A DNA stretch of 53,746 bases from a virus, in the IMG/VR virus record IMGVR_UViG_3300009156_000037, one strand, 5' to 3'. Each line of letters opens with the position of its first letter. Position 1 is the stretch's first letter. Of the stretch, positions 18,001 to 25,972 are shown in pieces. The notes under the pieces were generated by a model, which was given only the letters and a program-made list of their open reading frames with translations, had not been told where the DNA came from and ran no database searches. The position numbers and the translations under genes are program-made.

Positions 18001-19376
18001 TGGCCCCGGCTGCCCCCTCCGCTGACCTGGACGAACTGGTACGCGATCTAGACCCTGAGATCCTGGCGCGTCGCCAGCCGACGCTTGACAGCGTTCGTGA
18101 AGGTCTCCTCAACCCGAGGAAGACCCCCGCCCAAGTAGGTCGTGAGCTTGCGTCGAACGCACAGCACATTGAAGACTCTACGGCCATCCGGTACGGCGGT
18201 TGGCAAACCCGTCGCCCTGGTGAAGACGAAGAGTTCCGTCGCGAGCTTCAGGAGAAGTACGACAAGGGTATGGCTGAAGTTGCCGAGCTACGTAAGCTGG
18301 CCGACCGGCTGAAGTCCACCCGCCGCAAGCCAGTCAAGAAGGCTGTCCCGAAGGCTACTACAAAGGCTGCCCCGGCCCCCGACATCCCGGCCTCGGTCCT
18401 GGCTGGTATGCGGGAGCGCCAATGGACCGAGCCCATGATCGAAGACATGCGCCAGCTCGGTCCATTGGGTTGGAAGCCATGGTATGAGCATGAGGTGCAA
18501 GACAAGTTGCCGTTTGAGTTGAAGGACTACTCGAACAGCGAGCGTCGGCTACAGGTGGCGTTCGAGTCGAAGACTCCGGTGGACAAGTTCGTGGAGCAGA
18601 TGGAGGCGGACCGTAAGCGCGTCGACAAGGAGTTGGCGCAACCAAAGTCGGCTAAGACTGCCCCAGCCTCGGTGAAAGTGTCCACCGAGGCGACCCCGCC
18701 AGTGCGACAGGTGTTTGGTGGAACCACCGACGAGAGGGGCCGTATTATTAAAATCAACCGGCCGAACGAGGACGAACCTATCCACCTGCCCAACGGTGGC
18801 GTTGACCAGGGGCTATTGCACCTCGACTCGGAGATCGGGAAGGCCTGGCAGGACCTCTACCGTGACCCTCGCCCACCCAACTCACTGATCAACGAGTTGG
18901 CTCATATCGGCGAAGATGTAGGCACCGGCAAATTGAGTGTGGGCGATGCTGTCGCCCGGCTTAAGGCACTGAAGGGTCGCACCTCCGACCCGGCGGTGGC
19001 CCAACGGATCCAAGAACTCATCGCGAACCTGGACGCACCCGCCGCCGACGTCCCCAACCTCCCAGATTCGGTTCCCGAAGTGGTCCGCAAGCTGGTGGCC
19101 GACGTCGCCGCTATGCCCACCATGCGTAAGACTGGTCGGATAGGAACCGAAAACCGCCGCCGGTCTGTGTTGGACGAACTAGTTGACTTGATTCGTCGAA
19201 TTGACGCAGGCGAAGTCGACACCTTTGAGGCTGAGGTAATGCTGCGGGAGCGTCGCGTCCACGAAGGTATGGACGGGGCCACCCAGTATTGGCGTCTTGT
19301 CGAAAGTCTGTTTGGGCGTAACAACCCCAACTCGCGTGAAATCCGGACGTGGATCCGGCACAATCAACCACAGTAG
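15072..19376 (+). CDS. 1434-aa head-module megaprotein with an N-terminal ADP-ribosyltransferase-like domain, Pro-rich linkers, four HeH (SAP/Rho-N-like) repeats and a C-terminal domain
   Basis: The ordered R-S-E signature is FRGYS, AYSSVQLG, ATREVILD. An HPRDRHGRFR motif lies at the N-terminus. Repeats such as VTELRAEAKKHGIKISSTRKADIAEELARKL follow. Confidence 0.65.
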   Translation: MAGVGDSWGTREELLHPRDRHGRFRSAWKMAEGVVDKLISRLAAFNPRTFTSDEEAGHYSQARGGRYKRGENRESVVRAMFRGYSTVNDDLRAGKTPPEVAVFDRAMQPTDEDLILSRTVGPEAFGLDASTIDQIEEYTGKLVADKAYSSVQLGTPTRRPGSVTITYATPKGTPAIFPWASPGQATREVILDHDQPFRITKVDPDGQGGYSVLAVVEPKGTGGEVKPIGTRALQPTTPEPEAPNAPAAPQAPVQTGQPGRPEIPPAPRNEPVISESIGGGPQAPGAPEAPGTPQAPQVTTPEAPAAPVDFRQAVKDANLPVPSKGPRRKAWNEAFLSLTMRRRDPDDVLRELDSDMKAFRLEQEDRLSRGEKADLHFGDDLDALKQLDDLIRENYNIPRTGEKQALAPEAPAALEAPAAPKRRRGGGGSQSNATPKEKAAVRQSQRERGIRKEAPPKKQAPPPQVPEPSTEGQQLLDAAGITAKPKTDMGRAGIAITADQVARKKLSKKKAGERLRSFADSGTAGEDADLVRQVADAIDPPKLAAPTKKAVPAEAVPEPSTPAGVPGFRSRKIAGSPDTRIGAETQRYVDDLVKRGDYEGARTRIKSAVADLRSRKLTNDDLLSRLDSDPDSLESTRKGEIEALRNLDEEIAHQAKKAAPAKKAAPEPRTPGQPPRRAVKKVAPEGALAPTPKAEAEAGRKPTLDEVRGMKVTELRAEAKKHGIKISSTRKADIAEELARKLDLTPGEGQPPAKKVAKAVVPTDLDADLNTTIPNLRKIAEQEQIEVPKSVRLKADLQRYIHDTRRSGAPIRAQQAQERIKATKTDLKDVNAPEAAQVVLDRMTIAQMRQLADEKGITIPKTAKRKADVKEALARSLNPPDTFKPAPAPAREAPPIQIPEDHPAVQLVDRMLNELNQTQIREALAEQGITDILPEGDLDREKILHAMFRRAAQMELAHIQAQRVKRKKAAAKVTEALAPAAPSADLDELVRDLDPEILARRQPTLDSVREGLLNPRKTPAQVGRELASNAQHIEDSTAIRYGGWQTRRPGEDEEFRRELQEKYDKGMAEVAELRKLADRLKSTRRKPVKKAVPKATTKAAPAPDIPASVLAGMRERQWTEPMIEDMRQLGPLGWKPWYEHEVQDKLPFELKDYSNSERRLQVAFESKTPVDKFVEQMEADRKRVDKELAQPKSAKTAPASVKVSTEATPPVRQVFGGTTDERGRIIKINRPNEDEPIHLPNGGVDQGLLHLDSEIGKAWQDLYRDPRPPNSLINELAHIGEDVGTGKLSVGDAVARLKALKGRTSDPAVAQRIQELIANLDAPAADVPNLPDSVPEVVRKLVADVAAMPTMRKTGRIGTENRRRSVLDELVDLIRRIDAGEVDTFEAEVMLRERRVHEGMDGATQYWRLVESLFGRNNPNSREIRTWIRHNQPQ

Positions 19377-19388
19377 AGGAGGGCACCT

Positions 19389-19541
19389 ATGTGCAACTGC
19401 GGTAAGGCTGCCACCAGCAGCAACGATACTCAGCCCTACGTCGTCACCTTCCCTGACGGCACCAAGAAGGTCGTCAACTCCGAACACGCCGCAAAGGTGG
19501 AAGTGACGATGAAAGGTGGCGGAACCTACAGCAGAGTGTGA
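19389..19541 (+). CDS. Small protein MCNCGKA... (50 aa), not in the ORF track
   Basis: AGAGGAGGG SD precedes the ATG at 19389. Hand translation runs to TGA 19539-19541. Third positions are GC-rich. Confidence 0.5.
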   Translation: MCNCGKAATSSNDTQPYVVTFPDGTKKVVNSEHAAKVEVTMKGGGTYSRV

Positions 19542-19673
19542 TACTGTCTTCACACGTAACTGGTAGCTGCGTTTTGGGCCAGTACCAGGAAGAACTGAAC
19601 ACCTTCTCACCGGTGGCAGTGCTCTGGGCCGCATCGGGAGCCCCGATACACGCTCTCGAAGCAGGAGACTGCA

Positions 19674-21419
19674 ATGGACTTCCAGGTACCCGAGGATCTT
19701 AAGGTCCTCACCATTGCCGCGCTGAAGAAGCTCATCGCGAAGGCCCAGGCCGAGTACGCCACTCTCAAGGAGACGGCCGACCCGGACACGGTCACCGACG
19801 AAGATCTGGAAAACCTTCAGGCGCTGCTCCAGTTCGCCATGACCGACGCCCCCAACGAGATCGCAAACCGGCAGCGGCGCGCGGCCGAGTTCAACACCCT
19901 GCCCGCCGATGCCGAGCCGGCCGAGGAGCCAGCTGGTGACGAAGGTGACAGTCCCGATGCTGCTGAAGCAGATGGCGCCGACGAGGAAGAGTCGGTCGCC
20001 GAAGAGGGCCTGACCGCCAGCGGCAAGGTCAAGCCGAAGGTCAAGGACCTCGTCAAGCACAACAGCGGCGAACCTGACGTCCCCGTCTACGAGCGCCCCA
20101 ACTACTCCACCCTGGTCGCGGCGGCTGGCGTGCCCAACTATGAGGCCGGCCAGAAGCTGGACACCATGCTGGAAGTGGCGAAGGCGTTCGAGGCCCGCTC
20201 CGCCGGCCACGGCCGCATCTCCGCTGGTGCCGCTTCGGGTCCCGTGCACTACCCGGTGGCCCAGCTGGTTCGCAACTACCCGGCCGAGTTCAGTGTCAAC
20301 GGCGACGACACCGACTATCCGAAGCTGCTGGAGGTGGCCTCCGAGACCCGACTGCCCGGTGGCAGCCTGCTCGCCTCGGTGGAGGCCCGCCGTAAGGAGA
20401 TCGAGGAGGCCAACCCTGGCCGGGACTCCCTGGTCGCGGCGGCCGGCTGGTGTGCCCCGTCGGAGACGGACTACTCGATCTGTCTTCAGATCACCACGGA
20501 TGGCATGTACGACGCCCCCGAGGTGCAGGCCCGCCGGGGTGGTATCCGCCACAACACCGGCATCGAGTTCGACTCGATCTTCGGTACCGGCACCGGCTTC
20601 TTCGACCTGACTGAGGCGCAGGTCGCGTCGGGTACCACCAAGACCTGTCTGGAGATCCCCTGCCCGTCGTTCACCGACGACCGCCTCGGTGTGACCGGTC
20701 TGTGTCTGACCGGCAACATCCTGTCGATTCGAGGGTACCCGGAGTTCACCGCCACCTTCGTTCGTGGCGCCCTGGCCGCGTCCGCCCACCAGATCAACCG
20801 GGAGCAGATCGCTGACGTGGTCGCCGGTTCCACCTCGGTGAACCTGAGCGCCGCGCAGCCGTGGGCCACCGACGTGTCGGTGGTGTCGCAGGTGCTTTCG
20901 GCGGTGGAGATGGCCATCGTCGACATCAAGTACCGGCTGCGGATGCAGCGGAACGCCACCCTTGAGGTGGTCATGCCGTACTGGATCCTGGCCCAGATGC
21001 GCGCCGACTGGATCCGCCGCAACGGTGGCAACTACGCCGACATGCTGTGTCTGGCTGACTCGGCCATCTCCAGCGCGTTCAGCTGCCGTGGCGCCCGGGT
21101 GCAGTACGTCTACGACTGGCAGGACGCGTTCAGCAACGTCTCGGCGACCGGTGCCGGTGCCGACACCCCGATCAACTTCCTGAACAAGGAACTTCAGTTC
21201 CTGGTGTACCCGGCGGGTACCTGGGTGCGGGCGGTGTCGGACGTGATCACGCTGAACAGCGTGTACGACTCCACCAAGCTGGCCACCAACCAGGTCACCC
21301 ACCTGTTCACAGAAACCGGCTGGGCGATGATCCGGATGTGTCCGGTGAGTCGGGTCTACACGGTTCCGATCTGCCCGAGCGGCCGGACCGGTAACCAGCA
21401 GACCATCACCTGTCCCTAA
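19674..21419 (+). CDS. Major capsid protein with N-terminal scaffold-like (coiled-coil plus acidic) domain
   Basis: GCAGGAG SD. The first ~130 aa are coiled-coil and acidic. The body contains AAGWCAPSE and is capsid-sized. A strong hairpin follows the gene. Confidence 0.7.
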   Translation: MDFQVPEDLKVLTIAALKKLIAKAQAEYATLKETADPDTVTDEDLENLQALLQFAMTDAPNEIANRQRRAAEFNTLPADAEPAEEPAGDEGDSPDAAEADGADEEESVAEEGLTASGKVKPKVKDLVKHNSGEPDVPVYERPNYSTLVAAAGVPNYEAGQKLDTMLEVAKAFEARSAGHGRISAGAASGPVHYPVAQLVRNYPAEFSVNGDDTDYPKLLEVASETRLPGGSLLASVEARRKEIEEANPGRDSLVAAAGWCAPSETDYSICLQITTDGMYDAPEVQARRGGIRHNTGIEFDSIFGTGTGFFDLTEAQVASGTTKTCLEIPCPSFTDDRLGVTGLCLTGNILSIRGYPEFTATFVRGALAASAHQINREQIADVVAGSTSVNLSAAQPWATDVSVVSQVLSAVEMAIVDIKYRLRMQRNATLEVVMPYWILAQMRADWIRRNGGNYADMLCLADSAISSAFSCRGARVQYVYDWQDAFSNVSATGAGADTPINFLNKELQFLVYPAGTWVRAVSDVITLNSVYDSTKLATNQVTHLFTETGWAMIRMCPVSRVYTVPICPSGRTGNQQTITCP

Positions 21420-21428
21420 TCAGTGACC

Positions 21429-21454
21429 GAGGGGGCCAGGCAACTGGCCCCCTC
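21429..21454 (+). terminator. Strong hairpin immediately after the capsid gene
   Basis: GAGGGGGCCA-GGCAAC-TGGCCCCCTC, a 10-bp perfect stem. There is no clear T-tract, so it may be an attenuator or stabiliser. Confidence 0.6.
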
Positions 21455-21483
21455 AGGGCAACTGCCACTGAGAGGAGGACAGG

Positions 21484-22338
21484 GTGTCCACATTCGCCAA
21501 CGGGCTACTTCTCATCGACCCGCCACAGTCGCCTATGCGGCCGTATGGCATCTTCGACGTGGCCTTGGGGCCCATGACGTTCCCCAATCCGGCCGTGGAA
21601 GGCGCCGGGATCATCTACGTGCCCGACGCGTGCGAAGACGACATCTTCCTCATCGCCACGACCTGCCCACCCGTCACCGGCGAGAAGACGTTCTCCACCA
21701 TCGAGGCGCCAGTGTCTGGCAGCCCGTTCGTGGTCCTGACCTCCTACACGTGCGGCACCATCGGCTTCACGTTCGCCGAGATCGAGCAGCGGGTCCGCAC
21801 CAGGATGGACCTGCGCGAGCAGCGGGCAGTGGAGCGTCGGATCTGGCAGGGCTCCACGGGTGGGCTGGGCACCATCCCTGGCCTGTTCGCCAACGCCACC
21901 AACCTGGGCTCGGCCGGCTGTCCCACCGAGGCGGTGGAGATCCTGGAGCAGGCGTTGGCAGACAACGCGGTTCTTGGTGGCATCATCCACGCCCGACCGG
22001 GCATGTCGGCGCACCTGGCAAACAGTTACCTGATCCAAGAGGGTCCTGGCCGACTGAAGCGGACCATCATCAACACCCCGTACGTGTTCGGTGCTGGTTA
22101 TAGCGGTGTTGGTCCCACCGGCCAGGCTGTTACTGGCTCCACAGAATGGATGTACGCCTCCGGCCGGGTACTGATCTGGGCGGGCGACACGGTGGTGCCG
22201 CCGCCGCAGCAGACCATGGACCGTTCCACCAACCAGCAGAAGGTGATCGCTGAACGAATGTTCAACGTGATCATCGAGTGTGGTGTGTGGGCGGTCGAAG
22301 TGACCCGAACCTGTACCACTTCTGGGGGTGGCACGTAA
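21484..22338 (+). CDS. Head-associated structural protein (possible second HK97-fold-like protein)
   Basis: GTG follows GAGGAGG. The C-terminal pattern (IIHARPGMSAHL ... ASGRVLIWAGD ... NQQKVIAERMFNVII) loosely resembles HK97-type capsid C-termini. The function is uncertain. Confidence 0.4.
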   Translation: MSTFANGLLLIDPPQSPMRPYGIFDVALGPMTFPNPAVEGAGIIYVPDACEDDIFLIATTCPPVTGEKTFSTIEAPVSGSPFVVLTSYTCGTIGFTFAEIEQRVRTRMDLREQRAVERRIWQGSTGGLGTIPGLFANATNLGSAGCPTEAVEILEQALADNAVLGGIIHARPGMSAHLANSYLIQEGPGRLKRTIINTPYVFGAGYSGVGPTGQAVTGSTEWMYASGRVLIWAGDTVVPPPQQTMDRSTNQQKVIAERMFNVIIECGVWAVEVTRTCTTSGGGT

Positions 22339-22619
22339 TGCCTAAGACGATTCGGCCTGAGAACCCGGAAGAGTTCGAAAAGGTAACCAGAGTCCTGCTG
22401 GACTTGGCCGATCGAGCCAAAGACGTGGCCACAACCACGCAGTACGAAACCTTGGCCCTGGTCGTACCGGACTACCTGTACGAACGCTACCAGGCCTACC
22501 TGGATCAAGAGGAAACCGTGGAGGACACAGAGCCTCCGAAGCGGCGTCCCGGTCGCCCCCGTAAGGCCCAACCTGCACCTGAGGTTGAGCTTGAGCCCGA
22601 ACCCGAGCAGGAGTCCTAG
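22338..22619 (+). CDS. Small acidic protein with AT-hook-like motif
   Basis: TAATG coupling. Contains KRRPGRPRKAQP, with an acidic C-terminus. Confidence 0.55.
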   Translation: MPKTIRPENPEEFEKVTRVLLDLADRAKDVATTTQYETLALVVPDYLYERYQAYLDQEETVEDTEPPKRRPGRPRKAQPAPEVELEPEPEQES

Positions 22620-22621
22620 CC

Positions 22622-23341
22622 ATGACCTCTGTGTGTTACACCCCGTGGAAGGTCCCTCGGGTCCGGCTGACGAAGATCGACCCGAACTGTGGGATCCCGT
22701 TGACCGGCTGCTCCACTGTGGTCACTGATGGCATCATTTCGGTGGCCATGACTAAGGAGTACGAGGACCGGGAAGAGTTCTTCGTCAAAAACGGTGACGG
22801 CATCTTCTGCGTGAAGGAGACCAACGCGCCGATCCTGAAGTGGATCGGGCTGGAGTTGACCTTCTGTCAGGTCGACCCGGAGGCGGTCAACATCATGACC
22901 GCCGAGCCGCTGGTGGCCGACAACGCGGACAGCCCCCGCAACACCGGCTACTCCACCCAGGAGAACACCACCCAGACGGCCAGCTTCGCCCTGGAAACCT
23001 GGACCCGTATCTCCGGCACATCCACACCATGTACCGGCTCCAACAACATCGAATACGGGTACATGCTGTTCCCGTGGGTGGTGGAAGGCCGGGTCGGTGA
23101 CATCACCTTCGAGAACGGTGCGGTCAGCTTCGTGGTTACTGGCGCCCGGACCCGGTCCGGTTCACTGTGGGGCACTGGTCCCTACTTCGTGGACCTATCC
23201 GACGCCACGGCCACACTCAACAACCCGATCTCGCTGCTGACGCCGATCACTTCACTACAGCATCACCGCATGTTCCTGACCCGACTGGCCCCGCCAACGT
23301 CGGCGTGTGGCTGTGCGCCGCTGTTCGACCTGATCCCATAA
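22622..23341 (+). CDS. Virion structural protein (candidate tail tube or capsid accessory protein)
   Basis: A 239-aa beta-rich ORF in the head-tail region with 8 Cys. No secure motif was found. Confidence 0.4.
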   Translation: MTSVCYTPWKVPRVRLTKIDPNCGIPLTGCSTVVTDGIISVAMTKEYEDREEFFVKNGDGIFCVKETNAPILKWIGLELTFCQVDPEAVNIMTAEPLVADNADSPRNTGYSTQENTTQTASFALETWTRISGTSTPCTGSNNIEYGYMLFPWVVEGRVGDITFENGAVSFVVTGARTRSGSLWGTGPYFVDLSDATATLNNPISLLTPITSLQHHRMFLTRLAPPTSACGCAPLFDLIP

Positions 23342-23368
23342 CCAGGGGGTATATGAGAGGGGGCCGCG

Positions 23369-24172
23369 ATGGTTGACGTGTTCACCAGCGTGGCCCCCGC
23401 CATGCCCTGCTCCTGGTCGGTGGACGTGTCGTGCTGTTCCACGTGGAGCGACTACAGCACCGAACTGCAAACAGCGGCGGCCGAATATGGGGCGTTCACC
23501 ATGTGGGCGGCCACCGGTCGTCGCTTCGGTCTGTGTACTCGAACGATCCGCCCGTGTGGTCGCCAGTGCACTAACTGTGCCAATGGCTACTTCTGGTCGG
23601 AGGGCATGTGGGTTCCCTACATCTTCAATGGGATTTGGCGCAACTGCTGGTGTGGCTCCAATCTGGGCTGCTGCACCTGTCAACCGTCATGCCAGGTGTG
23701 GCTTCCGGGCCCAGTCGCTTCGATCCCAGCTACTGGTATCACCCAGGACGGGGCGGTGGTGCCAGTCAATTCGTGGCGGGTCGACAACGGCATGTGGCTG
23801 GTCCGCACCGATGATGAATGCTGGCCGGACTGCCAGGACTACGACGCGGACTCGGGTACCAACACCTTGATGGTGACCTACCAGCAGGGGCTACCGGTCC
23901 CGGCGATCTTGTCCCGAGCGGCGGGGGAGCTGGCCTGCGAATGGGCCAAGTCTTGCCTTGGCCAGCCGTGTCGGCTGCCGCAGCGGGTCCAGTCGATCAG
24001 CCGGCAGGGGATCACCATCGCCATGGTGGATGTGGATTCGCTGCTGATCCGTGGTTTTACCGGCATTCAGACGGTGGATCAGGTGATTGCCATGTTCAAC
24101 CCGTACGGGCTGAAGTCGGAGATGAAGATCTCTACCCCTGACGCGCCCGTCAGTAGGACGGTGAGCTTCTGA
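23369..24172 (+). CDS. Head-to-tail adaptor (Cys-rich)
   Basis: MPCSW...WAATGRRFGLCTRTIRPCGRQC matches the actinophage adaptor pattern (RFGxCxxxxRPC). 18 Cys in 267 aa. Confidence 0.6.
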   Translation: MVDVFTSVAPAMPCSWSVDVSCCSTWSDYSTELQTAAAEYGAFTMWAATGRRFGLCTRTIRPCGRQCTNCANGYFWSEGMWVPYIFNGIWRNCWCGSNLGCCTCQPSCQVWLPGPVASIPATGITQDGAVVPVNSWRVDNGMWLVRTDDECWPDCQDYDADSGTNTLMVTYQQGLPVPAILSRAAGELACEWAKSCLGQPCRLPQRVQSISRQGITIAMVDVDSLLIRGFTGIQTVDQVIAMFNPYGLKSEMKISTPDAPVSRTVSF

Positions 24173-24600
24173 TGGCCAACGCCGCCTTCAACCGGTACAA
24201 GTCGGGCATCCAGCTGGCCGACTACGACCTGCTGGTCGCCTCAATCAAGGGCAGTCTGCTACGTGGGTACACCTTCGACGCCACCCACCAGACGGTAGCC
24301 GACGTCCTAGCCGCCGGTGGTGTTCTCAACGGCACTACCCCGGCCCTGGTCAACCCGACCATGACCAACGGGGTCTTCGACGCGGACGACACCACCCTCA
24401 CCGCTGCCGCGAACGCCACCAACCACGGTCTGCTGCTGTACCAGTCTTCGGCAGTCACCGGCGGTGCGGATGTAGCCACCAACCTTCAGCTGCTCATCGC
24501 CTACTACGACACGGGTACGGGTCTACCCATCCAGCCGGGCGCGGGTGTGGTCAACATTGTATGGAGCGCGGGAGCCTCGAAGATCCTCGCTGCGACGTGA
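24172..24600 (+). CDS. Virion structural protein (142 aa)
   Basis: Coupled by TGATG. Ala/Thr/Gly-rich, beta-like. The role is unknown. Confidence 0.5.
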   Translation: MANAAFNRYKSGIQLADYDLLVASIKGSLLRGYTFDATHQTVADVLAAGGVLNGTTPALVNPTMTNGVFDADDTTLTAAANATNHGLLLYQSSAVTGGADVATNLQLLIAYYDTGTGLPIQPGAGVVNIVWSAGASKILAAT

Positions 24601-24611
24601 GGCGGTAGACC

Positions 24612-25970
24612 ATGAGCATTGGTATCCGCTCCGTCACCGACGTCATCACCACCAGCGCCACGATTACTCTCAACACGCCTGCCACCGGAGCCACCGCGCA
24701 GGTAGGCGACTTCCTGCTCATCATCCACCTCAACGACTTCTACGCCCTGGCCAACATGGGCACCCCCAGCGTCACTACCGGCACCCCCACCATCAACCCC
24801 ATCAACAACGCCACCGCTGACGATGGCGCCACTGGCGGTCACCAAAAGTGGTACTGGGCTGTCGTCAACACCCCTGGTGCCCAAACCGTCACGGTCACCG
24901 AGTCGGCACCCGGCGACGAGGACAAGGCACTCATCGTCTATGTCATGACCGGGGTGGACACGGCCAATCCGATCGAGGACTCGAACAACGCCAACGGGGC
25001 CGGTGGCACCAGCAACCTGCACGTGGCGCCATCGGTGTCGCCCGGTAGCGCCACCGCCATGATGGTTTGTGCGGCCAACCCTGGCGGCGGTGCCTCGTTC
25101 GCAAATTATGGTGTACCGGCCAGCATGACCTTGCAGGTCAACCACCAGCAGGGCGGCATCACCATCGGCTCGGCCACCGAGCAACTGGCCGCGTTCGGGG
25201 CCACCGGTACCCGCACATTCACAGCCCTGTTCAACAGCACCCGCTGGGTTGCTTCATCGGTAGCGATTCGCACCGACTCCGGAATGTCGATCACCCCGGA
25301 TAGCCTCACTGTGCCGATCACCCTCGGCGCACCCACCGTCTCCCAGAGCTTCACCATCACCCCCGACTCGCTCACCGTGCCGATCACGCTGGGGGCGCCC
25401 CAGGTAACCCAGCCCAGCCCGTTAGGACCTGATCCCGTGGAGGACTTGGCTCTAGCTCTGCTGGCCTGCCTTCAGGCTCAGGGAGCCCGTCTAGGAACCG
25501 ACGCACCAGCCGAATACTGTCTGCGCGTGGGCAGCGAAGTTGCTCACGACGCTGGCCTCAACCAGGACCTGTGTTGCGACGGTCTGGGCTATGTGTCGTT
25601 GGGTGAGATCTACCCATCGGCGGCATCGTTTCCGGAAATGGACATTGTCCGTCAGGTGCAGGCCAACTGTCCGATACCGGCATGGGCGGTGGATTTGCAG
25701 GTGGGCATCATCCGCTGTGTGCCCACCGGCGACGCTGATGCGGGACCCAGCTGCGCCGACTGGAACGAAGCAGCCACCCTCAACTTCCGCGACGCGCAGG
25801 TGCTGCGCCTGGTGTCGTGCTGCTTCAAGCAGGTGGTGCCCACGTTGGCGTTCATGGACGGCATGTCGGTAGTGATCAACCGACAGTTGCAGCGGACCCC
25901 GTTCGGTGGATGTGTGGAACGCTACATGTCGATCACGGTGCAGTTCCCCAACCTCGACTGTGGGTGTTAG
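24612..25970 (+). CDS. Structural protein with a Thr/Gly-rich N-domain, a duplicated 22-aa linker and a Cys-rich connector-like C-domain
   Basis: GAGGCGG SD. The internal tandem repeat is ITPDSLTVPITLGAP. The C-terminal domain has 12 Cys (LCCDGLGYVSLGEIYP...). Confidence 0.55.
   Translation: MSIGIRSVTDVITTSATITLNTPATGATAQVGDFLLIIHLNDFYALANMGTPSVTTGTPTINPINNATADDGATGGHQKWYWAVVNTPGAQTVTVTESAPGDEDKALIVYVMTGVDTANPIEDSNNANGAGGTSNLHVAPSVSPGSATAMMVCAANPGGGASFANYGVPASMTLQVNHQQGGITIGSATEQLAAFGATGTRTFTALFNSTRWVASSVAIRTDSGMSITPDSLTVPITLGAPTVSQSFTITPDSLTVPITLGAPQVTQPSPLGPDPVEDLALALLACLQAQGARLGTDAPAEYCLRVGSEVAHDAGLNQDLCCDGLGYVSLGEIYPSAASFPEMDIVRQVQANCPIPAWAVDLQVGIIRCVPTGDADAGPSCADWNEAATLNFRDAQVLRLVSCCFKQVVPTLAFMDGMSVVINRQLQRTPFGGCVERYMSITVQFPNLDCGC
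25290..25412 (+). repeat. In-frame tandem duplication (66-nt unit, about 1.9 copies)
   Basis: ATCACCCCGGATAGCCTCACTGTGCCGATCACCCTCGG... repeats at 25356 with synonymous differences. It encodes ITPDSLTVPITLGAP(T/Q)V(S/T)Q twice. Confidence 0.85.
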
Positions 25971-25972
25971 TC

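Noticed and set aside
19179-21302. 707-aa ORF antisense to the capsid gene, plus other long antisense or off-frame ORFs (for example 1617-2618 +, 16620-17522 -, 13401-14111 -, 24504-25184 -, 338-889 -).
   Set aside because: They have Arg/Gly/Pro/His-rich low-information composition typical of non-coding frames in GC-rich DNA. Each lies opposite or out of frame to a gene with strong motif support, and they lack SDs and coupling.
25290-25412. Direct repeats that could suggest a CRISPR-like or satellite array.
   Set aside because: There are only two adjacent copies with no spacers, they are in frame, and they encode a duplicated peptide. No CRISPR array was seen anywhere in the window.
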